Source of the DNA: Amoebidium appalachense
Lineage: Eukaryota; Protista; Ichthyosporea
Direction of reading: 5' to 3'
Assembly: GCA_963693365.1 (NCBI GenBank)
Contig: CAVNZM010000006.1
Coordinates: forward strand, 1,736,001 to 1,800,000
Length of the DNA: 64,000 bases
Below, one piece after another: positions 20,013 through 48,569 of this stretch. Position numbers and translations under genes: made by a program. The notes beneath the pieces were generated by a model that was not told where the DNA came from, ran no database searches, and saw only the letters and a program-made list of their open reading frames with translations. Position 1 is the stretch's first letter. Each line of letters opens with the position of its first letter.

Positions 20013-20489
20013 CCTTTCCCGCCTTCTCCTCTGATACAGCACACACACATCGTCATTCCATATTTCCCAGTCTCCCTCCCTCCATAACTCTCTCTCCCCC
20101 CCCCCCCCCCCCCCCCTCCTCTCTTCTCCATGGGCTCAGCTTGTTATGCATACTCTATGTGTGGTTTGCGCTCTGCTTTGCGTAGGTTGCACCCTGCATT
20201 GTGTTTCGCGTGTGTACTTGGTATTCCATAACACATTCTAACCTCCCCCTCCCCCCCTCTCTCTTCTCCACCCCCGCACAGTCTCAAAGCCAGTGAGGCA
20301 GCCCGGCCCACGAGTCTTGTCCGTTTTTTGCCGTCCAGCCCACTAGCCTGGCTGGGTGCAGCCCTGATCTCACTGCTGGCTGCGGTGGTGCTGGTACGCA
20401 CATACCTCAATCGGAGATATAGCCGCGTACGAATAGGCAAGTTGTCACCATTGGCAAAGTCTGGTACGGTGTTTTCTTGGATGGGTTGA
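10558..20489 (+). CDS. GDA1/CD39-family nucleoside diphosphatase/apyrase, ENTPD4/ENTPD7-type, with N- and C-terminal TM helices
   Basis: 11 in-phase GT-AG exons: 10558-10781, 11512-11719, 12818-12983, 13759-14013, 14725-15141, 15876-15985, 16843-17041, 17502-17594, 18509-18596, 19396-19512, 20282-20489. Apyrase conserved regions [30 protein letters not shown] and QWTLG are all present. TM segments [20 protein letters not shown] and [18 protein letters not shown]. Exon 2 has a NAGNAG acceptor. Confidence 0.93.
19820..19979 (+). mobile_element. Diverged, 5'-truncated relative of the poly(C)-associated repeat
   Basis: Retains GGGTCGAAACTTGG, GACTTGGGCCCC, GCTTATGATGCAT and GTACTTC..ATTCTAA, then a C-run from 19980. 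Confidence 0.65.
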
Positions 20490-20612
20490 ATGTCGGTGGT
20501 TTGGGTATTCTTAGGATAGGTGTTGGTTTGGTTCCTAACTAATAGGCTTAACTCACACATACCGATAGACGTTAACACAGAACTCCCCTTATCTCCCAAC
20601 CCTGGACACACG

Positions 20613-20690
<78 letters not shown>

Positions 20691-22271
20691 CCCACGCACA
20701 AATATTGCAACGGCGACACATTTATCTGCTTTGCTTTTCGATTCGACTTATGCGAATGACGGCTGTGTTTATTATACCCCTCCTGAAGGTCTTTTTGTAT
20801 GCACTGCGGGTGTGGTATGAGATCCTGTTTATGTGGTTCCATACAACCCCCCTTATCCTTTCTCCAAGGCCACATGACGTGATAGTACGAATACAAAATG
20901 ACGGTACTAGAACTAAGTATTATATGTTCTTGAGTGGTGCCTATGTAGATCGCAGTAAAAATACAGATAGCATAGAGAGATATTCATGGTTTTTACATTG
21001 GTGTGAACCAGGTTGTGTTCTTGTGTCTTATGAAATTTAATAAACTCCAATCACAAAGCCAGTAGTTGCAGGGGAAACAAGGGTGTAAATGGCTAGAATA
21101 TGTTGGCTTGATAAAGGGCAGCTGGCTTGCTCTGCCTCATGTACAGATGCGTCTAAAGTTGCTGTAGCTGGCTGCAGCCCTAACGTAGAACACAAATATG
21201 CTCGTATCATCCCCTCTTCCCCTTCAAACCGTAACTCCGCCAAGCACTCCACACGGTGTTCAGAGAGCCGGTTGTGCTCGTGTTTTTCAGAAGGGCAAGT
21301 CTAACAGGGGCTCAACCTTCTAAAGTCAAGGTTCCGCGGCCCACCCCCGGCCCCGCTGGTTTTTTCTCCCACCTCCCTACTTCGCGGTCTCTCTTCCTCC
21401 TGTTGCTTCTTCTAATATTAGTTTCGACTAGTACTGTTGTTCCTCCGATTCGAATTCCGGCCGAATCGATCCCTCTTCTCGATCCCTGCTCCGTATATAT
21501 CAGTCTCTCCCGTATGTCTATCACCCAATTACCGCGGCCGTGTGTCTCTATCGCTCTCCTTTAACTCCACTTGCACTCGCTATGTTCTCTTCACACGATT
21601 GCATGTTTTGACAATCTGCGGGTGACTTGTGTGAACTTCGCTAATAATGAAAGCGCGGAACTCACACGTACTGACGGTGTGCACGCGCTGCGATGAACTT
21701 TACGTTCGCTGCAGGCGATTTTTCCTTACACTCTCGCGACCGCGTGCATGCTTTCTGTCGCGGCGCCTCGACGGTTCGATAGAGTCCAGTGTTCGCTGAC
21801 TGTGTAAGGAAAAATAAGGAGCCATCTCAGTAGGTGGCAGAGCGCGGAACCGCCGGAAGGGTTTGGGCTACAGAGTGCGAATACGTAATACGTCGCAATG
21901 TAACCAATCAGATCTATTGCTTTTTGTTCTGCTAGATCAGTGAAGTTGAAGCCTAAGGGGTCGTAGGATCTAAGGCTGTTTAAATAGAATAACGTTACCA
22001 AATCGGTCCAGACACATACTATTAAAGTTGCAAATGCCTGAGAAAGCAAACTATTAACCTTTTTAAATTTGATAATAATTTTTTTGGTTTTTGAGTTCAT
22101 AAAATGGTCAAAAACGTACAGCAAAATACCTTTAGCCATTTACATTGACTTCTGCCAGTTCACAAATTCTGTGGGGATCCATATGGCCTCCTCCGGCCGG
22201 GCTAGCTGGTGAGTCGGTGACTCAAGCTCAAGCATGAAGCATCCCGACCGCCCAATGGCAGCACCGCAACC

Positions 22272-22665
22272 GTGTACGTACGAGCTGAGGTTAAAAAGAA
22301 GCACGTGTACCGTTGGCAAAAGAAAATGGAAAGTAAAAAGAAACAAGCTGCAAAAAAAAAGGCTCTTTCATGCTTAAATGATAAGCAGGAGGCTGAAGTC
22401 ACGAAGATGCAACCTGGTGCGGTGAGTCAAGGCGCACGAGTCTCTAGATGGCCGTGGTCAAGGCGTGAACATTACGCCAATCGTGTCCCTGACTCCGCCG
22501 GCTGCGAAAATGACGGCGGCGATCAGGGGGGGATTAGCGACGAGTTATAAAAATAGCCACGGAGCCTGGTCAGAGCGCAAACAGAAAAAATCCGTTGTAG
22601 TGACGGACTCAAAAAGGATCATTGATAAGGTTTTTAATAACAGTGGTCTGTGTTTATCTAGCTAG
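22272..22665 (+). pseudogene. Degenerate ORF, possibly a pogo/Tc5 (CENP-B HTH) transposase relic, interrupted by a 22-bp insertion
   Basis: Removing 22435-22465 (22-bp insert plus one 9-bp duplication) fuses ORFs 22272.. and 22465..22665 in frame. KKHVYRWQKK and LNDKQEAEV..QGVNITP resemble tandem HTH motifs (recalled similarity, not searched). Confidence 0.35.
22435..22456. mobile_element. 22-bp micro-element CACGAGTCTCTAGATGGCCGTG with 9-bp target-site duplication
   Basis: Flanked by GTCAAGGCG at 22426-22434 and 22457-22465. Its right end matches the repeated end of the element at 47977-48400. Confidence 0.75.
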
Positions 22666-22952
22666 TCGTTGGTGGATACGGCAAGCAGAAAGCAGGCTCT
22701 TATACGTGTAGCGTGGTTTAATTGAGGCTGCAAGCCTGTTGTTCGATACCGGATCTGTGAAGGACAAACACACAAAAACAAACTAATACGGACCTGGGTC
22801 CCTCTAGCCACATTTTTCTTTTTGTAACAGCTTGTTTTTATTGTTCATCTACTCGAGGTGTTCTGTCCGCCCCTCATGTTTCCCATCTGCCACGGGGCAG
22901 AGCGTGATACGCCGTTTTTACCATATAACAAGAAGGACAAGCATACACGAGG

Positions 22953-23231
22953 ATGTCTAGCGCAACTCTTCAGCCCAGTGTGGCGCGGTATACAGACGCC
23001 CGAATTGGGTTTTTGGGTGTTGGAACGTTGGCATCGGCAATGGTTGAAGGTGGGGGCCCTCACAGTTATTTCGAATCGCCGTATGTTTCTTTTTTATGTT
23101 TATACTCAGGCAGGCAGGCTTGTGGTAGCCACCTCGTAAGCCACGTGTTTTCCTGATCCACACACCTATATTTTCGTGCTCACGCTCACACTTTAAGGCT
23201 ACATTTTCAAATATGGCTACTACCCCGTCCG

Positions 23232-23264
<33 letters not shown>

Positions 23265-23686
23265 CGCCAAGTTACCCATGGCCCTCGGGACTGAGCTGTT
23301 TGTCCAGGAAAACTGTGCCAACACACTTTTATGATGAAAAACCATGACCCCCCTCACCCCCCTCCTCCCTCCCCCCCCTTCCCGCGGCCCTCGTCCCCAC
23401 AACACCATCACCATCACCAGCAAACACTGTGGCAAACACGCGCACACACAAACATACACACACCCTCCCAACTCCCGCTACCTGTAATAAACGTTTGTCT
23501 TGCTGTCTCACTCTCTCGTCCCTCCCCCCCCACCCACCCACCCATCCCCCGTGGATGTATGCAGCTCGCACCCTAAGACCTATCAAGCGCTACCAGTCCA
23601 TTTTTCTGCCGCATACACGATAAAACACTTCCCCTTCCGCCCCTCCCCCCTCCCCCCCTCCCCCCCCCCCTTTTCCCCGGGAGCAA

Positions 23687-23718
<32 letters not shown>

Positions 23719-24043
23719 CACAAAAAGCAGCAAAAAGCAAAACAAAACAAAGCAACACACTCACCACTCACCCACTCACCCGCAGGCCTTTGCACGCTAT
23801 CTGAGACACCAGCACACGTGTTCCTGTCTCCCCGCAGCCGCGAGCACACAGCCCGGCTGGTAGGACGATTTCCAACCCTGTGTACTGCCTGCAGCACAAT
23901 ACAGGTACAGCCCTCCGTCGCTTTGTCTCGAGTCTTTCTTCATTATCAGCCCCCCTCCCGCAACCCCCGGCCCACCCCCACCCTGACCACACACCCAACC
24001 TCCCAACCCCGCATTCCCGCACTCTGATACAGGCTTAAGATAC

Positions 24044-24074
<31 letters not shown>

Positions 24075-25298
24075 CCCCCCCCCCCCCCCCCCCCCCCCCC
24101 TCTCTCTCAGAGCACCCGATGCCCCCTCATCCCCCTCACAGACGCACCCCCGTCCCCCCCCCCCCCTCCCCCCCCTCCCCCCCCCCCCCTCTCTCCCTCC
24201 ACCCTCCCCCTGCACCCCCCCCACCACGCCCCTTCCCCCCCTCCAAAAAGAAAAAAAAAACCCTCACCTGTTGTGGCTCCCTTTCCTCGGATTCTCTCCA
24301 CTCCCCCTAGCTCCCCCCCCTCCCCCCCCCCTTCCCCCCCCCCCCCCCCCCCCCCCTCCCTCCCTCCCCCAAACACACACAAACACAGACGTAGGCCGTG
24401 CCTGGGTTTCCCACTTCTAGACACCTTGTCATTTTCTCAAGCTGACTTCGGCGTTCGAATTCAGAGATTATTAGCACAAAGGAATTGCCATGTTCATTCA
24501 TTCTTTTCATATGCATCTACAACGTACACTCGATAACCAACCCCCCCCCCCCCCCCCCCCCCCCTCCCCCTCCCTCCTCCTCTCCCACATTCACACACAC
24601 ACACACACAAACACACCCCCCCCCCCCCCCCCCCTCCCTCCTCCTCTCCCACATTCACACACACACACACACAAACACACACAACACACACACAGGAGGT
24701 AGTAGACAACAGTGACTGGCTGGTTCTAGCCCTGCCCCCATCATTAGCTCCCCAGGTGCTCCAAACACTCAAATGCCGGACGGAGCAAGTGGTGCTCACA
24801 GTCATGGCTATGATTTCACTGGAAGATGTAAAGAAATTTGTAGCCCCGGCAGCCACCGTCGTATATTCAATGCCCCTGCCCTCAATAGCACACCACCACG
24901 GCGTGTCGATTATTAGATCACAGCATGAGGGAATTCAAGAAATGCTTGGAAATTTGGGTGGGGTTTTTAGCGTGGAAAGCAATGATCAGGTTGATCTGCT
25001 GCAGGCGGTGGCGTGCCTTATGGGGCCTGTATATGGGCTTATGGCTACCGCAGTTGAGTGGATGGAGGAGAGGGGGGTCCAAAGAAATTTGGCGGAAGAA
25101 TTTGCGGGGTCCTTATTGGCAAGTGTTGCTTCCGACGCTGTGGACACGAAAAAGCCATTTGATACGCTGGTGAAGGAGCAGACCCCGGGGGGTATCAATG
25201 AGGCTGCTGTTGCGAGATTGCGGCAGTTGGGGGTTTATGACAATGTAAAAGAGGTGTTAGCACAGAATTTGGCTAGGGTACAGAGTAACAGGGTATGA
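22953..25298 (+). CDS. Pyrroline-5-carboxylate reductase-like NAD(P)-binding oxidoreductase (bacterial ProC-like subtype)
   Basis: Exons 22953-23049, 23786-23904, 24696-25298 in phase. Rossmann IGFLGVGTLASAM, LSPRS, EVVDNSDWLVLALPP, MPLP and C-terminal TPGGINE dimerisation-domain motif. Confidence 0.88.
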
Positions 25299-26863
25299 AT
25301 CTCAAAGAAATAGCGATTCAATGAAAAAGTTCGGCACCTGTACAGTCTCATATCGATTTGTATGCATCTCCTTGCACCGCCTAGATTTGCTTTGTTGAAC
25401 TTCTAACGAAAATCCTGACCACAATTAAATGGGTGGAAACCGATGGCCTACATAGCACGCTTTCCATATCATATGAATTATTTAGGTTGGGTGGCAATCG
25501 TAAATGGTACAACCGAGATTTCTTTCTGTAACCGCAATGTAGCTTTTAACCGGACGAAATGATTGGCCATGAAGAAAATACAGATAACTAGTACCACTTT
25601 GTTTTCAGAATAAACAAACTGTATGCACGTAGACGCGCGCGCGCACGCACACGCACACGCACGCACCCATACACGCACGCACGCACGCACAGATGCACAT
25701 GGCGGAGCCATGCATATGCAGACCACATCCACCCTTTGTCAGTGACACACAGACTTACACCATCCGTACACAGAACCTGCTTGGCTTATGAGAATGCATT
25801 TGCCACTTGCAGCCACCTCACGTAGCAGCTCTAATTACGACATTAAATTTAAAAGTGGTTTCTTTTTGGTCCAAATGTTGAGTCTTTCGGTCAAGCAGGT
25901 GCGCATCATGCCAAATATGTGGCTTACAATTATCTGGGTCTGATTCGTCCCAGGACCCTTTAGGTTAATGATGGCTCACTTTTCACGAGCGGTTTTTGAT
26001 CTAATGTCAAGTAGAAATGGTTTTGTAGGGTTTGACTACTGGCGGCCATACATTAATAAACCGCACACCGTATGCGAGTGTGTATGGTAGGTATTGATTG
26101 TGTCCCAGGCACCAGGGTTTAGGCCGTTTAATGAGACAGTGTGTGCCCCATAGAGACCTTGCGACATGTGGCAATATGCAGTTTATTGACCACCAATACA
26201 GATGATGCTGATTACAGTGTTCTAGGGCCGGTTAGAGCCAATCATTATAATCGCTGCCGGCAGCAAACAGTCTAAGTATACACTAGGCTGCAGTCACATA
26301 TACTTAGTCCAAAAATCAATGTTCTTGACTGCGCCTGGAAGAATACTTGGCACATCTATACATTATTTCTCCAATTCCAAGGCAATGCATGAATCAGTAG
26401 GGTACAGCACGCATGACGACGAGTGGCATTCGAGAAGGGACCATTTTAATAAACAACAGATTTTAATTAAAAAAAAACAAAACAATATGCCATTGTACAT
26501 GCCTTCCTGGGTGTTTTCTTCGATTGCTGTTAAATCGTTTATGTTATGTGCCAATAATCCTACCTTTTTTTAGTTTTATTATTGGGCAAAACACAACTCC
26601 TGATGTACGTGAAGGTGGGTGTGATGTGTGTGTGTGTACGTGCGCGTGTTTGTGTTGTCCGTGTGCGTGTACATGGTTCTTCTGTGAATCTGAATGATGA
26701 CATCATTAGGGTTAGGCCAAGGACAGGTAGTGAATCACGGATGAATCTTTGAAACAACAGCAAATACTTAGATCCAAATTAGGATGACAGATCCGCACCA
26801 TTCATGCATATGTATAAGAAAATGCTGCGGCAAAAGCGAATGCAAGAGGATCCGAAGAGGACG

Positions 26864-26901
<38 letters not shown>

Positions 26902-27015
26902 CATTAAACACACAAAAAGCAAATTCTGAATCAGCCAAGATAGAAGCCAAATTAGAAAAAAACGACAAGAAGCAACCTACACAGGTTCATGCCACACAAA
27001 CACACTGTGTGACAT

Positions 27016-44229
<17,214 letters not shown>

Positions 44230-44668
44230 TTTCGGAGCTCATGGACCTGGCCAGAAGGATTATGACGTCGGGCACCGCAACAAGCCACTTATTATAAGTC
44301 CTCAAAAGAAAGAAAAAACAATACTATAATGATATAAAATAAAAATAAAAAAGTGTCTCATTAGGATGTGCAAGACTGTGGTCCTATATAAAGTTATTAG
44401 GCCAGCCTTTAGTTTACCTCTGCGTTTTGCTACCTTAGTGCTAAAGCCTATGGTGCAGTAATACTGGGTTACACCCCGCAAAAGGGAAGGGTTTATGAAT
44501 GGAAAGCAGCTCTTCAGTGTGTATGGCAGTATGGGGAAGAGAAGAGTGTGCACGTGACAGACCAGCACATACCGGCAGAGCACACGGTGACACGTACTGC
44601 AGAAAAAAGGGTGAGTCACTCAGAGGGGGAGTGAGCCGCGGCAATTTGATTGGCAACTCAGCCCTAGA

Positions 44669-45089
44669 TTGAGAATCGCCCGTGAGACTTGTAAAGTAAG
44701 AAACAATATTGATAATCCCTCCTTGTGTATCATACATAAATACAACATAGAAAAGTGCAGATATTACATATACTAGGGGCACGTTATCTACTTTTGTACA
44801 GATGTCACTCTAGCTATAGTAGTTCTGCAGCATGCATGGAATATAATGGAATACTCGAGCATACTAAAGTTTGTCAGATCTCACCAACCGTTGGTATGCT
44901 CGAGTATTCCATTATATTCCATGCATGCTGCAGAACTACTATAGCTAGAGTGACATCTGTACATAAGTAGATAACGTGCCCCAAGTATATGTAATATCTG
45001 CACTTTTCTATGTTGTATTTATGTATGATACACAAGGAGGGGTTATCAATATTGTTTCTTACTTTACAAGTCTCACGGGCGATTCTCAA
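44669..45089. repeat. Near-perfect long inverted repeat (foldback/MITE-like), 196-bp arms, 29-bp spacer
   Basis: 44669-44864 is the reverse complement of 44894-45089, with three differences found by eye. No clear TSD. Confidence 0.93.
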
Positions 45090-45253
45090 CCTGCGGGCTC
45101 CCCGGGGCTTTGTGCGACATCGAAATGTGATGGGAATATGAATTCGAACACGGATGAAAGTCGGATGGGGGACGGATGGTTACAGCTTTCGTTGACAAGA
45201 ACTATTTTTTGGACAAGGAAAAGACTGAGGACGCCAGGTCCCGGAAGCCCCAT

Positions 45254-45605
45254 TTACATCGTGATGTTTATTGATCTGGGGGGGCTTCCGTGTCTGGGGT
45301 GACTCGATGTAAATTCTACGTCACATGTTAAGCGCACAAGAGAAGGATAGTGTGTGTCCTCACACATGGATAAGGCTAGTACGTGGGTGCAAACATAAGA
45401 TACTGGCAGGCGAATGCGGGCGGGCTCCCGTCTGCTAGATGGGGCCGGTGGCTCATGCCCCTCGCGCAGGTACAATCCAAAACTGTTATGAGAAAACGAA
45501 TGTTGAAGAGTGTATGTGTTTGTGATCCACGTCATGTGTGTGTGCATGTGCTCATGCGTGTACACGTGGGTGCGTGTTTGTATTTCTGTGTGTATCACAG
45601 TGTGC

Positions 45606-45677
<72 letters not shown>

Positions 45678-45678
45678 C

Positions 45679-45715
<37 letters not shown>

Positions 45716-45839
45716 TGTGTGTGTATGTGTCAGTGTGTCACGGTTCCTGTCGAGAGAAACTAGGAGGTACGTGTGCGGGAAAAGTCTTTGGGCGTTTGGG
45801 ACAGGAAGAGAGGGGGTGGGGGGGGGGGGGGGGGGGGGG

Positions 45840-45888
<49 letters not shown>

Positions 45889-45975
45889 TATACACACCTG
45901 TGCACCCAGGGCGACAGCAAACACGACCTGCCAGGTCCTCATTCCACCACCAGAACCAACCTTGCGGGAACCCAT
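45254..45975 (-). CDS. Possible small spliced membrane-protein gene (unresolved)
   Basis: ATG at 45975 gives MGSRKVGSGGGMRTWQVVFAVALGAQ ending at a CAG|GTGTGT donor followed by the C-run typical of donors in this window. Candidate acceptor at 45483. Downstream phase is ambiguous. Confidence 0.25.
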
Positions 45976-47889
45976 ATTGTGTGGGCAAATGACTCAACAA
46001 CGCCGTTACGTGGCTACGCGAAGTACTTTTGAAAAGAAGTGTGCTTGGTTTGTTTCACTACGTTTACTGAGTGCCCCCGTTACGTTTTACTGGGTGGTAA
46101 CGTGCCATAGCTGCCCAAAACGCATTGCCGCGCTCGCTGCAAACAGCGCAACGATCTAGACAATTGGTACCGAGATAGGCGAAAATTCTCCAAGCGCATT
46201 TAGAGACCCCCAAAGTAGTCAAACTTTGTACCCCAAAAGTTTAAATTACAGTATTTGCCCCCGGTATCCGTTCTCCGTTGGTTATCGGGGCTATAAACAC
46301 CCACTTATTTGCTCTTCACAATCCGTGTCAGCGATTGGGCAAACGCCTTTTTATCGTTTACCCTCCTCCCATTAGACCCCGACCTCCCCTCACCTCCCCC
46401 CTTCCACGTCCGGATCTTTCGAACCCTACTCCTATTTGATCTCGTCGAGTAGAAAGGAGCCTACCGGCATGTGGATGCATACTAGGGGTAGGGAGGGGCG
46501 TCACAGTGTATATGTCAGGGACAGGCAAACCTCCAAGTCATCCCCTAACCACACGTGGGCGGGCTGCAGTGCCTCTGAGGATGACCTCACGTGGGTACAA
46601 AACATAAAAGCAAAACATGTAAGCAGAGGCGAGCAAGAGCGAGAAGCAGACAGATCTTCCGGTGTACATGTTGAAATATATCGTGATTGGGTATATACAC
46701 GTAGTTTGCGCAAACGACGGCTGTTCAGACTGAAGGAAAACACACGACTCTAGTGATCGTCAGGTAGTGATCTTAATTCACCGTGTGGGCACAAGCAAAG
46801 TCCGAGACTCACACCCTCCGGCAAACGTGTGCTGGGCTTAGTGTCTGGCCGGCACCCATTATGCGGGATTAGCAGCACACGGGGTTGGCGTTTCTCGTGC
46901 TTTGCTTATACGCACAAAGTATCAGGACCAAAACTTGCCGATCACTGTGGTCGTGTGTGCGGTAAAATGGGAAAAGATGACGCGTTCATGAGAATTGTGT
47001 AAATCTACGTCACAGTTGCCTTCCAGGAGCCACATGATTGGCTGTGAAACCTCAATCGTATTGGTCCATGTATTTTCAACTGATTCATAATGGAAAATCA
47101 CAATAATACACATGCTTTTTATCATGTGATTCGTACGTACCTCTAACAAGAAAATCAAAAAAGTATACAGCCATTAGCGAATAAATGTTGTCTCTTTCTG
47201 GGTTTTTCAAACAAGCCGGAAGCTGCTAAAAAGCCGAATAATAGAATAAACAATAGTGCCATTCTACAATGTGATTGGTTGTATGCACATTGAACCCCCG
47301 AAGACCTCCACGAGTCCACATGTGGGGTGTACGAGCATCTCAAAAAATATTGTGAATCATGTGTGATCCGGGACATTTTCTAAATTAGTACATAGCTATA
47401 AAACTAGGCCTCGCCTAAAACAGAAACCTTTATTTATTATTTAATTGATACCATCTATAATGTATAGTCCTATGCATATAGCGATATGTTTTGCCTTTTG
47501 AATTTGATCGCAAGAAGATGCTTGCACACTGCACAGTCCTGCGACAGAAGTTTTTGGAGGATTGTCCATGGATGCTTTTAGCCAATCGGTGATCAGGGGC
47601 TTATAAGTAAGGCCTATATAAACCACGAGGCTCAGCCTCCGAGCCTCGGACGGTCGGACTCTGACTCAGAACGACGACCTGGCCCGCGACGAGTTTACTG
47701 GGATGTAGTCGTTTCGTAAGTTAGCCGTTTCGGGACTTGTTTTTCGAAATCTTTCTATTCTCGAAATTAAGTAGGAACAGCATTTTTTTGTCTTTACATA
47801 GAAGAGCGATTGCTTCCGGGGAGCCATACTTAAATTGGCGAAAACGGTTTAAAGTGTGGCTACAACACGCCATCTCGATGCTACACGGG

Positions 47890-48518
47890 CATTGGATTAA
47901 GAGGTCTTAATTTATGATTGGGTTCTCTGTCATTGGATTAAGAGGTCTTAAATTCAGATAATCATTGAGTTCTCTGCACGGCCATCTAGAGTCTCTAAAT
48001 GGCCGTGGTTATCAGTCTAGATGAATAGAAGTTGACCCGAATCGTTAGCATCGGAACCACGTCGCGATTACATAATCGTCGCACGTAGGAAAAGTAGACC
48101 GTACCCCCCTGTGGAATGCAGAATAGCCTTTTTTGGTTCGGTCATCATTATCCCGGGAATCTTGATGGCGACGGACGGCCTGAGTCTCTAGATGGCCGTG
48201 GTTATCAGTCTAGATGAACCAGCCAGAAGTTGACCCGAATCGTTAGCATCGGAACCACTTCGCGATTACATAATCATCGCACGTAGGAAAAGTAGACCGT
48301 ACCCCCCTGTGGAATGCAGAATAGCCTTTTTTGGTTCGGTCGTCGTTATCCCGGGAATCTTGATGGCGACGGACGGCCTGCCAGTCTCTAGATGGCCGTG
48401 GTTCTCTGTCGTAAGAGATCTTAAATTATGATTGGGTTCTCTGTCATTGGATTAAGAGGTCTTAAATTATGATTGGGTTCTCTGTCATTGGATGAAGAGG
48501 TCTTAAATTCGGATTGGG
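47890..48518. repeat. 41-bp minisatellite (cattggattaagaggtcttaaattatgattgggttctctgt), about 5 units, split by an insertion
   Basis: Units at 47890-47976 and 48401-48518. Confidence 0.88.
47977..48400. mobile_element. Non-autonomous TIR element (CACGGCCATCTAGAG..CTCTAGATGGCCGTG) with 8-bp TSD and internal ~200-bp tandem duplication
   Basis: GTTCTCTG at 47969-47976 and 48401-48408. The right-end motif ends at 48007, 48200 and 48400. Units 48008-48200 and 48201-48400 are near-identical. Confidence 0.8.
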
Positions 48519-48569
48519 TGGGTGACTCAAAAGTAGCTACGGCATATTCAACATCAACGTCAGTACATA

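Noticed and set aside
22705-22755. tRNA-Cys-like sequence (TAGCGTGG, CTGCAAG, GTTCGATACC)
   Set aside because: No acceptor stem, and the T and anticodon arms do not pair adequately.
46793-46841. RNase P/MRP P4 helix (AAAGTCC..GGGCTTA)
   Set aside because: The two strands are only ~35 nt apart, far too close, and other conserved regions are missing.
47890-48518. CRISPR-like array
   Set aside because: The 41-bp units are contiguous with no unique spacers, the 200-bp spacers are duplicates, there are no cas genes, and the context is eukaryotic.
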